NCBI GenBank assembly: GCA_963706955.1
Contig: CAVPOC010000003.1
Span: 416,001-480,000 of the forward strand
Reading direction: 5' to 3'
Source: an uncultured Verrucomicrobiae bacterium
Lineage (GTDB): Bacteria > Verrucomicrobiota > Verrucomicrobiia > Chthoniobacterales > Terrimicrobiaceae
Length of the DNA stretch: 64,000 nucleotides
Translations under genes and position numbers: made by a program
Notes under the pieces: model-generated
Databases searched by the model: none
What the model was told of the DNA's origin: nothing
What the model saw: the letters and a program-made list of their open reading frames with translations, nothing else
Shown: piece by piece, positions 57,982 through 64,000 of the stretch
Layout: each line of letters begins with the position of its first letter
Position numbering within the stretch: the first letter of the stretch is position 1

Positions 57982-58821
57982 ATGAAATCACGCGATTCGC
58001 GTCCGCCCTTCAAGTTGGAGAACCTCCTGCACTTTGTTGGCCTCCTGATCGTGCTGATCGTCTGCGTATTTCCCTTCTATTGGATGGTGGCTGCTTCCCT
58101 CAAGTCGCCGCCAGACATTCTCTCCTCCACACCCCAATTCTTCTTCGAGCCGACTTTGCAAAACTATGTCGATGCCTTTGGCAAGTTCGACATTCTCAAG
58201 AGCCTGAAGAACTCTCTCTTCGTTGCTTTGGTCACGGTAGTTCTCTCGCTCGTGCTCGGGACCCCGGCTGCTTACGCGATCGCACGGTTCGACTTCAAGG
58301 GAAAGCGCGACATCTGGTTTTGGTTTATCTCCAACCGGATGCTCAGTCCGATCGTCGTCGCGCTGCCGTTCTTTCTTATCGCTCGCAATCTCAAACTGCT
58401 GGATACGCCTTGGGCGCTCATTCTGATCTATTTGACCTTCAATGTGCCCATCGTCGTTTGGATTTGCGCCGATCAGTTTCGCAATATTCCGAAAGAACTG
58501 GACGAGGCCGCGACGCTGGAAGGTTACAACTCCTTCGCCATATTCTGGAGAGTCGGACTACCTCTCGCGATGCCCGCCATCGCCGTTTCCGCAATCTTCA
58601 GCTTCATCTTCTCTTGGAACGAGCTCCTCTATGCACTCATCCTGACGCGAAGCGACGCGAAGACCGCTCCGGTGGTCGCGACGAGTTTCATGAGCGGGTA
58701 TGAACTCCCCTGGGGACAAATCATGGCGACCGGAACCGTCGTGGCTCTCCCTGTCATCGTCTTCAGCATGATCGTCTCGCGACAACTCGTTCGCGGACTC
58801 ACCGCCGGCGCCATCAAGTAG
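57982..58821 (+). CDS. CUT1 ABC permease (MalG-like)
   Basis: PFYWM, ELDEAATLEG, FIFSWNE and VRGLTAGAIK motifs. Confidence 0.93.
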   Translation: MKSRDSRPPFKLENLLHFVGLLIVLIVCVFPFYWMVAASLKSPPDILSSTPQFFFEPTLQNYVDAFGKFDILKSLKNSLFVALVTVVLSLVLGTPAAYAIARFDFKGKRDIWFWFISNRMLSPIVVALPFFLIARNLKLLDTPWALILIYLTFNVPIVVWICADQFRNIPKELDEAATLEGYNSFAIFWRVGLPLAMPAIAVSAIFSFIFSWNELLYALILTRSDAKTAPVVATSFMSGYELPWGQIMATGTVVALPVIVFSMIVSRQLVRGLTAGAIK

Positions 58822-58830
58822 AGCATGCTC

Positions 58831-58875
58831 TAGCGGCCGTGTCCCCAGCAGGGGTCGGCGGGGACGCCGCCGCTA
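58831..58875. repeat. Degenerate family-1 REP doublet
   Basis: TAGCGGCCGTGTCCCC ... GGGGACGCCGCCGCTA. Confidence 0.6.
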
Positions 58876-58978
58876 AGGCTCCTCGTGTAGAAGTGGTTGT
58901 GTCAACCGCCTGAAGACAGGCCCTCAACAAATCTTCCAAGTTATTCACCGGCGCGCTTGCGGCAGCGCCAACCTGAAT

Positions 58979-60073
<1,095 letters not shown>

Positions 60074-60305
60074 CGGTCAACCTCTCCAGTTTACATTGCT
60101 TTGGGGGAACGAAAAGGGGCACACGGAGCCGAAGCTTCGTCACGGTGCCATTCTTAAATAGCATTGTCGCATACTCTGCGAGTCTTTTCCCAGCTGCTCA
60201 AGTGAATCGAATGAAGCTGCGGAAAATGATTGCGGTCTCCCGCGCTCCTGAGGCGGCGCCCATCCATCGGTTGTCCCGTCCCGCAGCCATGCTCTATTTG
60301 CTGCT

Positions 60306-61550
60306 GTGACAAACCTATGGACCTGGGTATTTCTCGGAATGCTCCTCGCGGTCACGACCACGCAGCTGTGGTTGGCGCGACGGCAGATCGCCCACGTTCG
60401 CAAGCACCGGGACGCCGTGCCTAGCAAATTCGCTGGCGCAGTCCCGTTGCCTTCGCACCAAAAAGCAGCCGATTACTCGATGGCCAAGGCGCAGTTGGAG
60501 ATCGCGGAGATCTTGCTCGGCGCGCTGACGCTGCTCGTGTTCACGCTTGGAGGCCTGATAAACTGGTTGGACAAAGCCTGGGAGCCTGTCTTTGGGCATT
60601 GGAGCCTTGCCCATGGCGTTGCCCTCTGCGCCAGCGTTGCGATCGTGTCCGCTCTGGTGGACCTTCCTGTGTCAATCTATCGCACTTTCCTCCTCGAGTC
60701 CCGCTTCGGATTCAATCGGGTGACCCCGCGACTGTTTGTGGCTGACCTCCTCAAGCAAGCCGCGCTAGCCGCCCTCTTTGGAATCCCCCTCTTGTTTATC
60801 GTCCTGTGGCTCACGGACGCAATGGGTGAATTCTGGTGGTTGTATGTCTGGGCGGTGTGGATTGGATTCAATCTTTTGGTACTGTTCCTCTTTCCAACGG
60901 TCATCGCACCGCTTTTCAACAAGTTTACGCCGCTTGGGGATCCGGAACTCGCTGAACGAGTTAAAGGTCTGCTGCAACGCTGTGGCTTCCGATCACGCGG
61001 TCTCTACGTCATGGACGGTTCCAAGCGCTCAAGCCACGGGAACGCTTACTTTACCGGCTTCGGCCCTGCCAAGCGCATCGTCTTCTTCGATACGCTGCTC
61101 GCCCGGCTCACCTCTCCGGAGGTTGAAGCTGTGCTTGCACACGAGCTCGGTCACCACAAGCTGCTGCACATTTGGAAGCACGCACTCTTGTTATTCGCGG
61201 CTTCTTTTGGGCTCCTCTGGGGATTCGGCCAATTGATCGACCAACGCTGGTTCTACGAAGGACTTGGAGTTTCCACACCAAGTTCTGCAGCAGGATTGAT
61301 CCTGTTCATGATGGCGGTGCCCATCTTCTTTTTCTTCCTTCAGCCACTTTCGAGTCGCTTTTCGCGGCAGCACGAGTTCGAAGCCGACGCATATTCCTCC
61401 GCGCACGCCAACGCGATGGACCTCAAGAGTGCTCTCGTAAAGCTCTACAAGGACAATGCCTCAACCTTGACCCCCGACCCGTTGCACTCGGCATTTTACG
61501 ACTCGCATCCTCCCGCCATTGCGCGCATATCCCGACTGACGACAGCCTGA
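60306..61550 (+). CDS. M48 (Ste24/CAAX-like) zinc endopeptidase
   Basis: Multiple TM segments; DGSKRSSHGNAYFTG, HELGH, EFEAD and SHPP motifs. Confidence 0.94.
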   Translation: MTNLWTWVFLGMLLAVTTTQLWLARRQIAHVRKHRDAVPSKFAGAVPLPSHQKAADYSMAKAQLEIAEILLGALTLLVFTLGGLINWLDKAWEPVFGHWSLAHGVALCASVAIVSALVDLPVSIYRTFLLESRFGFNRVTPRLFVADLLKQAALAALFGIPLLFIVLWLTDAMGEFWWLYVWAVWIGFNLLVLFLFPTVIAPLFNKFTPLGDPELAERVKGLLQRCGFRSRGLYVMDGSKRSSHGNAYFTGFGPAKRIVFFDTLLARLTSPEVEAVLAHELGHHKLLHIWKHALLLFAASFGLLWGFGQLIDQRWFYEGLGVSTPSSAAGLILFMMAVPIFFFFLQPLSSRFSRQHEFEADAYSSAHANAMDLKSALVKLYKDNASTLTPDPLHSAFYDSHPPAIARISRLTTA

Positions 61551-61654
61551 TCGAATTTTTCGTCTCCATCAGCGCACTTGGAGCCCGGTCGCACCTCGCA
61601 GTTCGTTGCCTCCCCCTTGAAGGATTCATAGAGCCTTCGATCCAAGTCACGACT

Positions 61655-62050
61655 CTACGGTTGCGTCTTGATCATGTGGTCTGTGACCTTACTGGTCTCG
61701 GCATCCGGTACTCGGGCGCAATAGGAAGGGGTGAGAAATAAGAGCGCCGCTACGATCGCAGCTCCAGCGAAGGCGCCTGCAAAAAGCCGCAGGAAATCGA
61801 GCCTCGCGGCACAATGGATCAGCCATCCCCAGATGAGCACCAGATTAACCGCCGAAAGGCTGAAGAACACCTTGCCAAGCACACTCTCTTGCCTTGGATG
61901 AACGAAGGTCTCCCAGGCGATCATTTCCGATGCTTGACCGCCCCGAATCGCTGGCACCAGTCCGGAAGCCATCAGCGCCCCGATTGCAATCATCACGCCG
62001 AAACTAAGGCAGAGAAGCGTTCGAAAGATCGTGCCCAGGATGGTTTTCAC
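61655..62050 (-). CDS. Hypothetical membrane protein
   Basis: Three hydrophobic segments; no recognised family. Confidence 0.45.
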   Translation of the reverse strand: MKTILGTIFRTLLCLSFGVMIAIGALMASGLVPAIRGGQASEMIAWETFVHPRQESVLGKVFFSLSAVNLVLIWGWLIHCAARLDFLRLFAGAFAGAAIVAALLFLTPSYCARVPDAETSKVTDHMIKTQP

Positions 62051-62127
62051 AGCGGCGAGAGAAAACTACCACAACTCTCCGTTGCGAACGCGGGCAAGAT
62101 CAGCCCGGCCACGACAACACTGCTTGC

Positions 62128-62186
62128 TGTAGCGGCGATGTCCCCATCGCCGAAGGCCTCCCCGGCGATGAGACATCGCCGCTACA
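62128..62186. repeat. GTAG-type REP inverted doublet (family 1)
   Basis: TGTAGCGGCGATGTCCCCATCGCCG and inverted CGGCGATGAGACATCGCCGCTACA. Confidence 0.85.
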
Positions 62187-62208
62187 AGAACACCTTGTCG
62201 AGCGGTTC

Positions 62209-62394
62209 CTAACGCCGACGCGCGGCGCGTATGCCACCGTCACCACCCGCCGCTGAACAAGGCAAATAAAAGACCTGCTGCGCGAGCCACGACACGGAAA
62301 CGAAACACTGCTTGCCATCGCAGTATTTCGCCCCTGGTTCGATAGCTCGCTCACCGCATGCCTGAGGCCATATGTGCGAAACCACTGGATTCAT
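62209..62394 (-). CDS. Candidate 61-aa Cys-containing small protein
   Basis: GGGAG 6 nt before ATG 62394; MNPVVSHIWPQACGERAIEPGAKYCDGKQCFVSVSWLAQQVFYLPC...; overlaps the upstream gene by 44 nt. Confidence 0.35.
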   Translation of the reverse strand: MNPVVSHIWPQACGERAIEPGAKYCDGKQCFVSVSWLAQQVFYLPCSAAGGDGGIRAARRR

Positions 62395-62665
62395 CTGTAT
62401 CTCCCGATTTTGAGGAAAATGAGCGACGCGCAATCGCTTCCTCCGCCAAATCCGGAAGAAACAAATGCGGAAAGTCGGTGTGCCATGCCACGATTTCGGC
62501 CTGGTTGATCGCTTCGCGAATCCTCGCCGTCTCGCCAGGAAAACGGCGCTCATACTGCGCCTGTAGCCGCAACTTCAGCTCGCGCAACGCCACCTCCAGT
62601 CGACCGCAATAGACATCAAGAGCGTCCGGCACAGCCCGACAGTTTGTCGTCAGAATTCCATTCAT
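62351..62665 (-). CDS. Hypothetical helical protein
   Basis: 104 aa, downstream of tetR; AEIVAWHTDFPHLFLPDLAEE segment. Confidence 0.65.
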   Translation of the reverse strand: MNGILTTNCRAVPDALDVYCGRLEVALRELKLRLQAQYERRFPGETARIREAINQAEIVAWHTDFPHLFLPDLAEEAIARRSFSSKSGDTDESSGFAHMASGMR

Positions 62666-62676
62666 TGCTTTACTTT

Positions 62677-62698
62677 ATATTTGACCAGTCGTCTATAT
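62677..62698. promoter_or_regulatory. Candidate TetR operator 2
   Basis: ATATTTGACCAGTCGTCTATAT, imperfect palindrome just upstream of ATG 62665. Confidence 0.5.
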
Positions 62699-62712
62699 CT
62701 TGAAAGAAATTA

Positions 62713-63321
62713 TCATTTGTTGACTTCGACCTTGGCTCCGAGGAGGTCCAGAGCGCAGGGATAGACATCCCGGAGTAGTTCGAGATTGTTATGGATGCGA
62801 GCCTGGGTGAGGCCGCCCTGGATGAACATGAAAAGTGTCTTGGCCTTGGCCTTGGGGTCGGGGGCCACAATGAGGCCTTCGGCGTGGGCGTCGCGGATGG
62901 CGGACTCGAAATAGGTTAGCTTTCGCTCGAGGATCTCCTGAACCTTTTCGCGAAGAGCGGTCTCCTGCGTACACACTTCGCTGCCGAGCGCATTGAGAGG
63001 ACAGCCGAGCACGGCGCCGCATTCCTCCTTGACCTGTTGGAGGTATTCGAAACTGAACTCGAAGTAGCGCTTCAGTCTCTCCAGGGGCGGCACCGTCGGC
63101 GAGAAGATGGTATCAAGTTGTGCCCGCTGCTCCTTCCAGTCAGCATCAAGTGCAGCCACGGCCAGATCACACTTCGACTTGAAAAAGTAGTAGAAGCTCC
63201 CCTTCTTGACCTTGGCTTTGTCGCAAATCGCATCAACGGAAGTCGCTCCATAACTGTGACCCCAAATCATCCCCAAGGCGATGTTGGTGAGACGCTCCTT
63301 GGCCGTACTTGTTCTCGGCAT
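62713..63321 (-). CDS. TetR/AcrR-family regulator (NemR-like)
   Basis: HTH SYGATSVDAIC...KKGSFYYFFKSK; GCPLNALGSE; six Cys. Confidence 0.92.
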   Translation of the reverse strand: MPRTSTAKERLTNIALGMIWGHSYGATSVDAICDKAKVKKGSFYYFFKSKCDLAVAALDADWKEQRAQLDTIFSPTVPPLERLKRYFEFSFEYLQQVKEECGAVLGCPLNALGSEVCTQETALREKVQEILERKLTYFESAIRDAHAEGLIVAPDPKAKAKTLFMFIQGGLTQARIHNNLELLRDVYPCALDLLGAKVEVNK

Positions 63322-63334
63322 GCCAAAACTTGCA

Positions 63335-63360
63335 TGAATTTGACTGAATAGTCAAATTCA
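63335..63360. promoter_or_regulatory. Candidate TetR autoregulatory operator
   Basis: Perfect 11-bp inverted repeat TGAATTTGACT-gaat-AGTCAAATTCA, 13 nt upstream of the tetR ATG. Confidence 0.7.
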
Positions 63361-63412
63361 AATTGCAACTCATCCTGTACCTACGACGTCGCCCATCGCC
63401 GGGCGCGTTTCT

Positions 63413-63527
63413 TGTCGCGGCGATGTCCTCATCGTCGAGCGTCTCCAACCCAAGTGCACACCGGCGAAGACGCGCCCTAGTGAGGACGCGCTTACCTAAG
63501 GTCGGCGGCGGGGACGCCGCCGCTACA
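63413..63527. repeat. Family-1 REP inverted doublet with a long spacer
   Basis: TGTCGCGGCGATGTCCTCATCGTCG (63413-37) and CGGCGGCGGGGACGCCGCCGCTACA (63503-27). Confidence 0.75.
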
Positions 63528-63531
63528 GCAG

Positions 63532-63999
63532 CTAGTGTTTGGCCGATTCGAAGGGAAGCCTGACGCTGAAGCGGGTTCCGTTCGGCCCGGTGCTGAACTC
63601 GATTTTTCCTCCGTGGCGTTCGACAACGATTCTGTGGCTGATGACTAGTCCGAGGCCGGTTCCCGAGCGACCCTTCGTGGTAAAAAATGGGACGGAGAAG
63701 ATATGTGGCTGGGCTTCTGCGGGGATTCCGCTGCCGTTGTCCGAGATCTCGACCAAGAAGAACGGACCGTCACGCCTGGTCCGAATATCGATTTGCCCGG
63801 TTCCGTTCACGGCATAGATGGCATTGTCGATGAGGTTGGTCCACACCTGATTGAGCTCGCCGCCATAGGCGCAGATTTGCGGAAGCGTGCGGTCAAAATC
63901 GCGCGTGACGGTGGCGTTTTTCAGTTTGTGACCCAGGATGATCAACGTGTTTTCGATTCCCTCATGGACATCGATCTCCTGCCAGGGAGCCTGATCCAT
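63532..63999 (-). CDS. Sensor histidine kinase, C-terminal HATPase part (5' end outside the window)
   Basis: ELNQVWTNLIDNA, DNGSGI and FFTTK..GTGLGL motifs. Confidence 0.92.
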   Translation of the reverse strand: MDQAPWQEIDVHEGIENTLIILGHKLKNATVTRDFDRTLPQICAYGGELNQVWTNLIDNAIYAVNGTGQIDIRTRRDGPFFLVEISDNGSGIPAEAQPHIFSVPFFTTKGRSGTGLGLVISHRIVVERHGGKIEFSTGPNGTRFSVRLPFESAKH

Positions 64000-64000
64000 G

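Overview
GC-rich bacterial chromosome segment. Gene order and protein features suggest Verrucomicrobiota, possibly Chthoniobacterales-like; this is an inference, not a database result. Bases 1-14.5 kb hold the S10-spc-alpha ribosomal super-operon (rplC to rpsD, with secY, adk, map, infA, rpmJ), and it departs from the usual pattern in several ways. A 268-aa exported coiled-coil protein gene sits between rpsS and rplV. SecY has an extra C-terminal hydrophobic helix. uS11 has a ~95-aa N-terminal extension, and uL22, uL29, uL5 and uS17 have tails. rpsN, rpmD, rpoA and rplQ are missing from their usual positions. The rest of the window holds recA, ribokinase, pfk, argS, PTS IIA, csbD, PBP1A, a block of small accessory genes, a LarA-family racemase, a ribitol-dehydrogenase-like SDR, three sugar ABC systems, an Lhr helicase, a ChaN lipoprotein, PAS signalling proteins, an M48 peptidase and a NemR-like TetR with palindromic operators. 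Intergenic DNA carries at least three families of REP-like palindromes, a 203-bp MITE with a CTAG duplication, a heptamer inverted-repeat array and a frameshifted SIS/HxlB remnant. No rRNA, tRNA, CRISPR array, transposase or integrase was recognised.
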